From: a bacterium CG10_46_32
Lineage (GTDB): Bacteria; Patescibacteriota; Patescibacteriia; UBA2169
DNA: 64,000 bases
NCBI GenBank assembly: GCA_001889965.1
Contig: MOEI01000006.1
Span: 17,494 to 81,493, forward strand
Direction of reading: 5' to 3'
A model generated the notes under the pieces. It did not search any database and had not been told where the DNA came from. It saw nothing but the letters and a program-made list of their open reading frames with translations. This document shows, one piece after another, positions 54,511 through 63,422 of the stretch (positions are counted from its first letter, which is position 1; each line of letters starts with the position of its first letter). The position numbers and the translations under genes were made by a program.

Positions 54511-57295
54511 TATGGCGCAAAAAACTAAGCTCATTGTGACGCTCGGCCCGGCAACGCGGACTCTTGAAGATTTGTGTCTTTTAAAAGATCGAGACGTTGA
54601 TTTTGTGCGCATCAACATGTCGCATTCCACTTTAGAAGATTTAGAATATTTTATTGCGCTTGCAAAAAAGGTTGGCATTCCGTTTGTGCTGGATACCGAA
54701 GGCTCGCAGATACGCACTGGAGAGCTAGCTGAAAACTCTGCACACATTAAAGAGGGCGCATCTGTAAAAATTTATCGCGATGCGATTATTGGAGATAGTG
54801 AGCGCATCAACCTGCGCCCTTCAATTGCGGTCGAGCAGCTTGTTTCCGGGGACATTATTCACATTGATTTTAATTCTCTCATTTTGCGCGTTTCCGAAAC
54901 TGCGCTGCTCGCAACCGAAGGCTATATCATGGCAACCGCAATTACGAGCGGCACGCTCGGTCGAAATAAGGCGGTGGTGGTTGATAGCGCTTTGGAAACT
55001 ATGTTCCGCTTGCCAGTTTTGTCCGAAAAAGATTACCAAGCAATTGAGATCGGATTACGGGAGGGCGTTGAATATATTGCCGCCTCGTTTATGCGCAACG
55101 AGCAGTTTGTAGACGAAGTACGTAAGGCAACAAACAACAAAATGAAAATTATTTCCAAAATAGAGTGCAAAGACGCGCTCCAGAATCTCGAACCTATTAT
55201 CAATGCATCTGATTTTATTCTTATTGATCGTGGAGATTTAAGCAAAGAGATAGCAATCGAAAAAATCCCTTTGGTACAAAAAACCATTATGAGCCTTGCA
55301 CGCAAACAGCAGAAGGGTGTGTTTGTCGCCACAAACCTTTTGGAGAGCATGATAGAGAAAAAACAGCCCACGCGTGCAGAAGCGCACGATGTGATTGCAA
55401 CTATTTTGGATGGAGCGTATGGATTGGCTTTATCCGCAGAAACCGCCATCGGGAAAAACCCAATTGCGTGTGTGAATATGATGAACCGCTTGTGCCGCCA
55501 AACAGCGCTTGTGCACGAGGATACTCATTACCAAAAAGCAAATGACGGAATTGCGGAGGACATGTTGGATATGAACTATCTGCTTTCGGATGACGACTCT
55601 TCGATTCTTATTAAGCCTCATGGCGGAACATTAGTTGATTGCGTTTTGCGGGAGGTGCCTGATGCTAGTTATCTGGAGTCGCTCCCTCGCATTGTGCTGG
55701 ACCAAGAGCGGCAAATGGATGTTGAGCAGATTGCAATTGGAACATTTAGCCCGATTGAGGGGTTTATGGGCAAAAAGGATTTTGACGGCGTGCTCAATGA
55801 TATGCGCCTTGTGAACGGTTCGGCGTGGACTATTCCTATTATATTAGATGTTTCAGAACATACAGCCAATAACCTTAAAGAGGGTTCAGACGTGGTTTTG
55901 TGTGATAGCGAAGGCCCAATGGCTATTTTACATTTGGAGGAAAAGTTTAATTTTAATAAGAGTGAAACTAACCAAAAACTGTATGGCACCGAGAGCATAG
56001 AACATCCAGGTGTGCGCTGGATTAATTCTTTGAACCCAATTCTACTTGGCGGAAAAATCAGCCTTATCCGCAGACGCGTGTCCGAACAGAAGGAGTACGA
56101 ACTTACTCCGCGCCAGGTGCGCAGGATGTTCGAAGAGCGCGGTTGGTCGCGTGTGGTTGGATTCCATACGCGCAATGTAATTCACCGCAGCCATGAATTC
56201 ATTCAATTAGAGGCTATGCGTCGTGCGAACGCGGACGGCTTGTTTATTCATCCGGTTATCGGTAAAAAGAAGCCTGGAGATTTTCATGCTAAGTACATTA
56301 TTGGCGCGTACGAGCAGATGGTAAAGCATTTTTATCCGCGGGACAAAGTGGTATTTGCGACATATGCCACGTTTTCCCGTTATGCGGGTCCGCGCGAGGC
56401 TATTTTTACGGCGCTCTGCCGAAAGAATTTCGGATGCAGCCATTTTGTTGTGGGCCGTGATCATACTGGAGTCGGGGATTTTTACTATCCTAAAGCATCC
56501 CATGAAATTTTTAATCAATTCAAAGATTTAGGTATTGAGCCGATTCGGTTTGATCAAGTATTCTATTCAAAAAAACTCAATGCGCATGTGCATGAAACTG
56601 ATGATACAGAACATTCCGAGGAAGAAAAAATGCATATCAGCGGCACGCAAGCCAGGCAGATGATAGAGCAGGGTCAGCAGCCGCCAGAATGGTTTATGCG
56701 TCCGGAGATTTCCGCAATGATTCTTGAGGCCATCGCGTCCGGAGAAGAGGTGTTTGTGTCGGAACAGGCAGCGCCGCAGCGTGGAGTTGTGCTGTGGTTT
56801 ACGGGTCTTTCTGGAAGCGGCAAGACTACTATTGCAAGTAGGATTGCGTGTACTTTGGGAGAACGTGGCGCGCGTGTTACCATGCTCGACGGGGATACGG
56901 TTCGCGAACAGTTTAAAGTCCAACTTGGGTTCTCCAGAGAAGACATAAGAGAAAATAACCGCCGTATCGCCGAACTCGCAAAGGAAGAGTCAGCGCGCTT
57001 TAATGTGGTGATTGTGTCTATTATTTCTCCATATGCCGAGGACCGAACAATGGCGCGTTCCATTATTGGCAAGGGATTTGTTGAGGTATTTATCAACGCG
57101 TCTCTTGAGGCGTGTATGGCTCGGGATACTAAAGGATTATATGGTCGCGCTCAACGGGGCGAGATGGACAACCTTATCGGATTCAGTCCGTCCAACCCAT
57201 ACGAGGCGCCGATTAATCCGGATATAGAGATAAAAACGGACGAACTATCTATAGAGCAGGCTATCATTCAAATTATCAATAGCTTACCAAACTAA
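54503..57295 (+). CDS. Pyruvate kinase - sulfate adenylyltransferase - adenylylsulfate kinase triple fusion
   Basis: aa~5-335 PK (TLGPA, RINMSH, DTEG..IRTG, SKIE, RGDL, ATNLLESM, PTRAE, LSAETA); aa~370-750 Sat (PHGG, HTRNVIHRSHE, YAGPREA, GRDH); aa~760-930 CysC (GLSGSGKTT, LDGD, LGFS, ISPY, KGLY, PYEAP). Confidence 0.92.
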   Translation: MLDMAQKTKLIVTLGPATRTLEDLCLLKDRDVDFVRINMSHSTLEDLEYFIALAKKVGIPFVLDTEGSQIRTGELAENSAHIKEGASVKIYRDAIIGDSERINLRPSIAVEQLVSGDIIHIDFNSLILRVSETALLATEGYIMATAITSGTLGRNKAVVVDSALETMFRLPVLSEKDYQAIEIGLREGVEYIAASFMRNEQFVDEVRKATNNKMKIISKIECKDALQNLEPIINASDFILIDRGDLSKEIAIEKIPLVQKTIMSLARKQQKGVFVATNLLESMIEKKQPTRAEAHDVIATILDGAYGLALSAETAIGKNPIACVNMMNRLCRQTALVHEDTHYQKANDGIAEDMLDMNYLLSDDDSSILIKPHGGTLVDCVLREVPDASYLESLPRIVLDQERQMDVEQIAIGTFSPIEGFMGKKDFDGVLNDMRLVNGSAWTIPIILDVSEHTANNLKEGSDVVLCDSEGPMAILHLEEKFNFNKSETNQKLYGTESIEHPGVRWINSLNPILLGGKISLIRRRVSEQKEYELTPRQVRRMFEERGWSRVVGFHTRNVIHRSHEFIQLEAMRRANADGLFIHPVIGKKKPGDFHAKYIIGAYEQMVKHFYPRDKVVFATYATFSRYAGPREAIFTALCRKNFGCSHFVVGRDHTGVGDFYYPKASHEIFNQFKDLGIEPIRFDQVFYSKKLNAHVHETDDTEHSEEEKMHISGTQARQMIEQGQQPPEWFMRPEISAMILEAIASGEEVFVSEQAAPQRGVVLWFTGLSGSGKTTIASRIACTLGERGARVTMLDGDTVREQFKVQLGFSREDIRENNRRIAELAKEESARFNVVIVSIISPYAEDRTMARSIIGKGFVEVFINASLEACMARDTKGLYGRAQRGEMDNLIGFSPSNPYEAPINPDIEIKTDELSIEQAIIQIINSLPN

Positions 57296-57304
57296 AATAA
57301 AAAT

Positions 57305-57604
57305 ATGAATATTGATATTACCCAGATCCTCGGTTGGATAGCCACGTTTCTTTTTTCAGTAATGCTCATACCACAGATGATTAAAACTATTAAAGTCAAA
57401 GACACAAGTGGGGTGAGTTTGTTTTTGTTTATAATTTACTTCGTTGCAAATATTGTGGCACTCGCATATGCTTTATTAATCGACCAAATGCCGCTCATCA
57501 TAAAATATTCAATAGCAATCGGAACTGCGGCAGCATACTTGTCCATATTTGCGTATTATTATCAAAAGCAGCAAAAGAAAAGCCATGAATCTTCCGAAAA
57601 ATGA
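57305..57604 (+). CDS. SemiSWEET/PQ-loop family transporter
   Basis: 99 aa, 3 TM, LIPQMIKTIKVKDTSGVS. Confidence 0.85.
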   Translation: MNIDITQILGWIATFLFSVMLIPQMIKTIKVKDTSGVSLFLFIIYFVANIVALAYALLIDQMPLIIKYSIAIGTAAAYLSIFAYYYQKQQKKSHESSEK

Positions 57605-58391
57605 TTTTTTACCCGAGCTTTTTTTGGCAGTAGAAGCCGCGAAAACAGCCGGGGACGCAGTGCTTGTAATTTACAAAACGGATTTTGACGTGGCCGAAAA
57701 AGAGCCGGGCCAACTCATAACGCTTGCGGATACAGATGCTGACGCGGTTATTCATGCGATGCTTAGAAAAACAGGGTATCCCATTCTTTCGGAAGAGAGC
57801 GCGGACGATTTTGTTCGTTTGCAAGCGGAGCGCGTGTGGATTATTGATCCCTTGGACGGAACTGCGGATTTTGTGGAAAAGACCGGCGAATTTTCTATAA
57901 TGATTGCGCTCATAGAAAATCATGAGCCAATTATAGGAGTAGTGTACGCTCCAGCAACTGACACTCTGTATGTTGCAGAAAAAGGGAAGGGTGCCTTCTG
58001 TTGCACTCATGGCGGATGGAATCAGATTTATGTGAGCAACACCGCGCAGATGCCATCTGCAAAAGCAGTCACCAGCAGGCATCATTTTACCGAAGAAGAG
58101 CATAATATACTTGATGCACTTGAGGTTGGAGAATTTATTCAAAAAGGGAGCGCGGGATTGAAAATTGCAGACATAGCGCAAGGGAGTGCAGATTTTTATT
58201 TTACACTGACTAACCAAATTAAGCAGTGGGATACTGCAGCTGGTTATTGCATTCTTGCAGAGGCAGGGGGCTGTATGACTGACATGCAAGGCAATGCGCT
58301 TATATACAATACCGAGGACGTCTACCATAAAAATGGAATTTTAGTTACCAATAGTGTACTACATAGCGTTGTTTTGCAATCATATGCCTGA
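57585..58391 (+). CDS. cysQ: 3'(2'),5'-bisphosphate nucleotidase
   Basis: Start ATG 57585; TLAD, ILSEES, WIIDPLDGT.DF, GSAGLK, WDTAAG; PAPS-module context. Confidence 0.9.
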   Translation: MNLPKNDFLPELFLAVEAAKTAGDAVLVIYKTDFDVAEKEPGQLITLADTDADAVIHAMLRKTGYPILSEESADDFVRLQAERVWIIDPLDGTADFVEKTGEFSIMIALIENHEPIIGVVYAPATDTLYVAEKGKGAFCCTHGGWNQIYVSNTAQMPSAKAVTSRHHFTEEEHNILDALEVGEFIQKGSAGLKIADIAQGSADFYFTLTNQIKQWDTAAGYCILAEAGGCMTDMQGNALIYNTEDVYHKNGILVTNSVLHSVVLQSYA

Positions 58392-60252
58392 TATTTTTTT
58401 TCCGAGCGATGCAATAAAAAATCAAGCGCATATAACCGAAGATGAATACAATCGGTTGTATGCAGAATCTCTGGGCGATCCAGAGGCTTTTTGGGATAGG
58501 GTTGCGCGCACCGAGCTTGAATGGTTTTCCCCATGGGAAATGGTTTTGGATTGGCAGTATCCACAGTACAAATGGTTCGTCGGCGGCAAGCTTAATATTA
58601 CGCATAACTGCCTTGATCGCCATGTTAACGGAATCAATAAGTACAAAAAAGCCTTTATCCATATTGATGAAGAAGGTGTGGAGACTTCGGTGACGTATAT
58701 GGAGCTCTTGGAGCGTGTAAATAGATGTGCAAATGCGTTACGTTCTTTGGGGGTAGCAAAAGGCGATCGCGTGGTTTTATATATGCCGCTGGTTATAGAG
58801 CAGGTTGTGGTAATGCTCGCCTGTGCGCGCATTGGTGCTGTTCATTCTGTGGTGTTTGCAGGTTTGAGCGATAAAGCCTTGCGCGAGAGAATTGTAGACT
58901 CAGAAGCGAAGGTTGTTATTACTGCAAATTGGACTAAGCGGCGTGGCAAAAAAATAGACCTCAAGGGTGTTGTTGGGCGTGCAACCGAGGGCTTAGACAC
59001 TGTTCAGAGCATTGTGGTGCTTGTGCGGGATGGCGATGCGTGCGAACTGCACACAAAAGAAGTTAATTTTGATGATATTGTAGCAAAACAATCCGCAGTA
59101 TGCGTACCCGTGCCCATGGATTCGGAGGATCCGCTTTTTGTGCTGTATACATCTGGATCTACCGGTAAACCAAAAGGCATCGTGCATACTACAGGCGGGT
59201 ACAGCGTGTATACGCATTACACCACTAAAATTGTTTTTGATTTAAAAGATAACGATACGTACTGGTGCACTGCCGATCCGGGATGGATTACCGGACATAG
59301 TTATGTGGTGTATGGCCCGCTTTCTATAGGCGCCACATCTCTCTTAGTTGAGGGTGCTCCTGATTACCCTAAGCCAGACCGATGGTGGGAGATTATTGCA
59401 AAGTATCATGTGAATATTTTTTATACATCGCCGACAGCTATTCGTCTCTTGCGCAAGCATGGTGAGCAGTATGTGTCGCCCCATGATCTTAGTTCGTTAC
59501 GTGTTCTTGGAACCGTTGGAGAGCCAATTAGCGAAGAGGTATGGGGGTGGTTTTATGAGCGCATTGGAAAAGGCAGGTGTGTGCTTATTGATACCTGGTG
59601 GCAGACTGAAACAGGCGGGCATATGATTGTTTCTTTGCCTTCGTTGCCGCAAAAGCCAGGTATTGCAGGCAGGCCGTTTTTTGGTATTGAGGCGGATGTT
59701 GTCGATGTTCAAGGTACGCGCCTGCGTGATGGTGAAAAAGGGCTTTTAGTAATACGTAAGCCATGGCCTTCGGCGTTGCGCACCTGTTGGAATGATGAAG
59801 AGCGGTTCGAGCAGTATTGGAGCGAGATTAAAGGTGTGTATTGTGCCGGTGATTTAGCTATTAGAGATTCGGACGGATATATTAAAATCATCGGCCGCAG
59901 CGATGATGTGATTAATATTTCTGGGCACCGGATTGGCACTGCGGAGGCAGAGAGCGCAATTGGAACGCACCCGGCGGTTGCGGAAGTTGCGGTTATCGCA
60001 AAATCGCACGAAATAAAAGGGCAGGCTATTAAGGCGTTTGTGGTGCTAAAATCAGGCCACAGCGAGTCCGACCAATTACGTAATGAGATTAAGCTCCAAG
60101 TGAAGAGTGAAATAGGTTCGTACGCGGTTCCAGAGGAGGTTGTGTTTGTTCCGACATTGCCTAAAACGAGAAGCGGGAAAATAATGCGCCGCGTTTTGCG
60201 CGCACAAGAATCTGGAGAAGATGTTGGGGATTTGTCTACGATCGAGGACTAG
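58384..60252 (+). CDS. acs: Acetyl-CoA synthetase (AMP-forming)
   Basis: Start ATG 58384; LYTSGSTGKPKG, CTADPGWITGHSY, DTWWQTETG, GRSDDVINISGHRIGTAE, LPKTRSGKIMRR. Confidence 0.93.
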   Translation: MPDIFFPSDAIKNQAHITEDEYNRLYAESLGDPEAFWDRVARTELEWFSPWEMVLDWQYPQYKWFVGGKLNITHNCLDRHVNGINKYKKAFIHIDEEGVETSVTYMELLERVNRCANALRSLGVAKGDRVVLYMPLVIEQVVVMLACARIGAVHSVVFAGLSDKALRERIVDSEAKVVITANWTKRRGKKIDLKGVVGRATEGLDTVQSIVVLVRDGDACELHTKEVNFDDIVAKQSAVCVPVPMDSEDPLFVLYTSGSTGKPKGIVHTTGGYSVYTHYTTKIVFDLKDNDTYWCTADPGWITGHSYVVYGPLSIGATSLLVEGAPDYPKPDRWWEIIAKYHVNIFYTSPTAIRLLRKHGEQYVSPHDLSSLRVLGTVGEPISEEVWGWFYERIGKGRCVLIDTWWQTETGGHMIVSLPSLPQKPGIAGRPFFGIEADVVDVQGTRLRDGEKGLLVIRKPWPSALRTCWNDEERFEQYWSEIKGVYCAGDLAIRDSDGYIKIIGRSDDVINISGHRIGTAEAESAIGTHPAVAEVAVIAKSHEIKGQAIKAFVVLKSGHSESDQLRNEIKLQVKSEIGSYAVPEEVVFVPTLPKTRSGKIMRRVLRAQESGEDVGDLSTIED

Positions 60253-61199
60253 ACGTTGTAGTACTCCTTATACCAATCCACAAATTTTTTAATTCCCTCA
60301 TCCAAACGCGTCTTGGGTAGAAACCCTAAGTCGCGTTTTGCCTTATCTATATCTGCAAAGTTTTCTAAAAAGTCTCCCGCTTGCATAGGGAGAAGATTTT
60401 TTTGCGCTTTTTTGCCGAGACCTTCTTCAATCAAGCTAATCATGGTTCCAAGCTCTTCACTTTGATGGTTGCCGAGATTGTAGATTTCGTAGGTGTGTGG
60501 ATTATCAATCGCTGCGAGCGTGCCTGCTACAATATCATCCACAAACGTAAAATCCCGTTTCATATTGCCGTTGTTGTATACATCAATAGGCTTGCCTTGG
60601 GTGATAGCATGTGCCCATTTAAAGTACGCCATATCCGGCCTGCCCCAAGGGCCGTACACCGTAAAAAATCGCAATGCAATCATATTAAGTCCATACAGTT
60701 TATGGTAGGTGTATGCAAATAGTTCAGTAGCTTTTTTTGATGCACCATAGGGATTAATCTGCTCATTCGTTTCTTGGGATTCGCTCCAAGGAACGGGGTT
60801 TGCGCCGTATACGGAAGAGCTGGACGCGAACACAATATTTTTCACGTCGTGGCTGCGTGCTGCTTCAAAAATGTTTATTGTGCCTTTCACGTTTGTTTCT
60901 ATGTATTCATCCGGGTGGTCAATGGAGTAGCGTGCGCCTGCCTGTGCCGCAAGGTGGCAGATAGTGTCAATTTTTTCTTTGTCACATACATCATTGAGTG
61001 CCTTTTGATCAGTTATGTCTGTGCGGTAGATTTTGAAGTGTTCGTATTTCTCCAGAATCGCATTACGGTCTTCTTTGAGTTTGGGATCGTAATACGAATT
61101 AAAATTATCAATGCCAATCACAACATCGCCGCGCTCAAGCAGTGCGCGGGATACATGGAATCCGATAAATCCGGCAGGGCCGGTTACTAGTATAGTCAT
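60249..61199 (-). CDS. UDP-glucuronate 4-epimerase
   Basis: Start ATG 61199 (MTILVTGPAGFIG); LAAQAG, YGASKK, RFFTVYGPWGRPDMA, RDFTFVDD. Confidence 0.88.
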   Translation of the reverse strand: MTILVTGPAGFIGFHVSRALLERGDVVIGIDNFNSYYDPKLKEDRNAILEKYEHFKIYRTDITDQKALNDVCDKEKIDTICHLAAQAGARYSIDHPDEYIETNVKGTINIFEAARSHDVKNIVFASSSSVYGANPVPWSESQETNEQINPYGASKKATELFAYTYHKLYGLNMIALRFFTVYGPWGRPDMAYFKWAHAITQGKPIDVYNNGNMKRDFTFVDDIVAGTLAAIDNPHTYEIYNLGNHQSEELGTMISLIEEGLGKKAQKNLLPMQAGDFLENFADIDKAKRDLGFLPKTRLDEGIKKFVDWYKEYYNV

Positions 61200-61207
61200 A
61201 AAAATAA

Positions 61208-61311
61208 TGTCAAATATCAAAATTAAAAGTTCAAATGAATACTAAATGACAAATGATTTAACATTTTGATTTTGGATTTGATTTGGTATTTGAGCTTTGT
61301 CATTTGGATTT
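61208..61311. repeat. Imperfect inverted repeat built from heptamer (NNNCAAA/TTTGNNN) units
   Basis: Left arm tgtcaaa tatcaaa attaaaa gttcaaa..tactaaa tgacaaa; right arm ttttgat tttggat..tttggta tttgagc tttgtca tttggat. Confidence 0.7.
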
Positions 61312-62232
61312 AAAATATTCAATGGTTTTTTGTAATCCAGCCTCAAGATCAATACTCGGCTGCCATGTTAGTTTTTCTTGGGCGAGCGAGATGTCTGGCT
61401 TTCGGCGATGCGGATCATCCGAAGGCAGGGGCTTACATGTCAATTCTGATTTTGAGTTCGTCAGACGAATGATGGTTTCAGCCAAAGATCGCATAGTAAT
61501 TTCAGCAGGGTTGCCAAGGTTCACCGGACCGGTAAATTTTGCATCATTATTGATCATGGTAATTAAGCCGGAAACCATATCATCAACATAGCAGAAACTA
61601 CGCGTTTGGTCACCAGTGCCGTAGATTGTAATTGGTTCATTAGCAAGGGATTGGAGTACGAAGTTTGGAACGACCCGACCATCATTTTTTGCCATTCTTG
61701 GGCCATAGGTGTTAAAGATGCGCACCACGCGGATAGCCACGTTTTCTTGCCTATGGTAGGCGAATGAGAGCGCCTCTGCCGCGCGCTTGCCCTCGTCGTA
61801 ACAGCTTCGCTCTCCAATGGGGTTTACATTGCCCCAGTATTTTTCGTTCTGCGGATGCTCCAGTGGGTCGCCATAGATTTCCGAGGTTGATGTGTACAGG
61901 ATTGTTGCGTTTTTTCGCATTGCCAAATCAAGAAGATTTTTTGTGCCAATGAACGCGGTACTCAGCGTTTTGATTGGATTTTTTTGGTAGTGGACCGGCG
62001 CGGCAGGGCAGGCAAGATGATATATCTGATCAAGCGCATCCCCGACTTTTATAGGCTCTTCAATATCCTGTTTAACAAATACAAAATTTTCGTTATCAAT
62101 AAACGAGAGCATGTTTTTCATGGCACCGGTTTGGAAATTGTCTATGCCGAGCACGCGATGGCCTTCGTTTAAAAGCTTTTCAGTTAAGTGGCTGCCGATA
62201 AATCCGGCACAGCCGGTAACAAGTATGGTCAT
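61300..62232 (-). CDS. UDP-glucuronate decarboxylase (UDP-xylose synthase)
   Basis: TGCAGFIGSHL, HLACPAAP, STSEIYGDP, GNVNPIG.RSCYDEGKR, RIFNTYGP, QTRSFCYV, DDPHRRKPDI. Confidence 0.9.
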   Translation of the reverse strand: MTILVTGCAGFIGSHLTEKLLNEGHRVLGIDNFQTGAMKNMLSFIDNENFVFVKQDIEEPIKVGDALDQIYHLACPAAPVHYQKNPIKTLSTAFIGTKNLLDLAMRKNATILYTSTSEIYGDPLEHPQNEKYWGNVNPIGERSCYDEGKRAAEALSFAYHRQENVAIRVVRIFNTYGPRMAKNDGRVVPNFVLQSLANEPITIYGTGDQTRSFCYVDDMVSGLITMINNDAKFTGPVNLGNPAEITMRSLAETIIRLTNSKSELTCKPLPSDDPHRRKPDISLAQEKLTWQPSIDLEAGLQKTIEYFKSK

Positions 62233-63419
62233 AAGGTCTTTGATTGGGGTGTTCGGGGTTGCACATCTTTCAAAATTGAAACATTTTTATTAACAAAATC
62301 TTCAAGCGTGAATTGTGTAACAGTTTGCCGTGCGTTTTCGCCTAGTTGTTGTCGCAGCTCCGAATCATCCAAAAGTTTTGTTATAGCCGCTGCAATCTGC
62401 TCTTTGTTGTTGTAGTGCACCAGTATACCATTTTTGTTATTCACTAATTCCGGATTACCGCCTGCTCTGGTGGTTACAACCGGCAGACCTGCTGCCATTG
62501 CCTCAAGCAAAACATTAGACATGCTCTCGTAGAACGTGTTGAGGCTGAACACATCAGCTACTGCATAGAGCTTTTGCTTTTCTCGCGGGTCAGTAACGTT
62601 ACCTAGGAATATGACTGAATCGTTTAGGTTTTGGCCAATAGTCAGTTTTTTAAGCTCTTGTTCACTTGGACCTGTGCCTGCAATCGCTAGGCTCGTATCC
62701 GGATGCTCGCGTAGCACATCATGCATGCTCTCAATCAATAGGGAGACGCCTTTCCATGGAACCAGGCGCGCCATGGTCATAATTACATTTGTTTTAAGCC
62801 CATTTTTTTTCTTGAAATCTTCTTTGTCAAAATCTGTATGCTCAAGAGCAGAAATTGGGTTTCTGATAACCCTAACTTTGTTTGCATCGCTATTGATATT
62901 GTTGAGAAAGTTTTTAAGAAATTCACTGTCCGTGATAATTTGTTGGCTGGTTTTTAGAATGAAGTTTCTGCGCCATAGTAAAAGCCGAGTCCATAAGCCA
63001 TGGGGCTTGTTTTGAAAGTCCGTAATATTATCCGAAGTTTTTTCTGCGTTGAACGCGCTTTCCCATACTGAATCCCCACTGAACCTTTGGATCATTGGCT
63101 TGCGTAATAGGTGTGCGGCAATTGCAGCACCAAATCCACTGGAGTAGGTATCAAGGGAATAGATGATATCAGATTTGCGGGCTAGGTTGATTGTTTTAAC
63201 AATCATTACCAATAGCCGCAGGGGCTGGGGAATGCTAAAAGATACGCGCGCAACAGAAAATGGCCGATTGATTGTATCATCCCCACCAAATGTTAGTACG
63301 ATAGATTTGTACCCATTGTTGCTAAGCGCGGTTGCAAGTTGTTCAACAATTTTCCCAGGCCCGCCAATAGCAGGAGGAAACACGCCCGTGCAGAATAAAA
63401 TTCGCGGCTGTCCGGCCAT
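62229..63419 (-). CDS. GT4 family glycosyltransferase
   Basis: FPPAIGGP, ARLVPWKG, YESMSNVLLEAMAAGLPVV. Confidence 0.9.
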   Translation of the reverse strand: MAGQPRILFCTGVFPPAIGGPGKIVEQLATALSNNGYKSIVLTFGGDDTINRPFSVARVSFSIPQPLRLLVMIVKTINLARKSDIIYSLDTYSSGFGAAIAAHLLRKPMIQRFSGDSVWESAFNAEKTSDNITDFQNKPHGLWTRLLLWRRNFILKTSQQIITDSEFLKNFLNNINSDANKVRVIRNPISALEHTDFDKEDFKKKNGLKTNVIMTMARLVPWKGVSLLIESMHDVLREHPDTSLAIAGTGPSEQELKKLTIGQNLNDSVIFLGNVTDPREKQKLYAVADVFSLNTFYESMSNVLLEAMAAGLPVVTTRAGGNPELVNNKNGILVHYNNKEQIAAAITKLLDDSELRQQLGENARQTVTQFTLEDFVNKNVSILKDVQPRTPQSKTL

Positions 63420-63422
63420 ACG

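Noticed and set aside
57609-58328. Long antisense or alternate-frame ORFs (239 aa here; also 16485-17069, 25334-25930, 44691-45263 and others)
   Set aside because: They lie over well-supported genes and carry no recognisable motifs; shadow ORFs
60249-60252. Terminator at the convergence of acs and the epimerase
   Set aside because: The stop codons overlap (ctag) and no hairpin with a U-tract is evident
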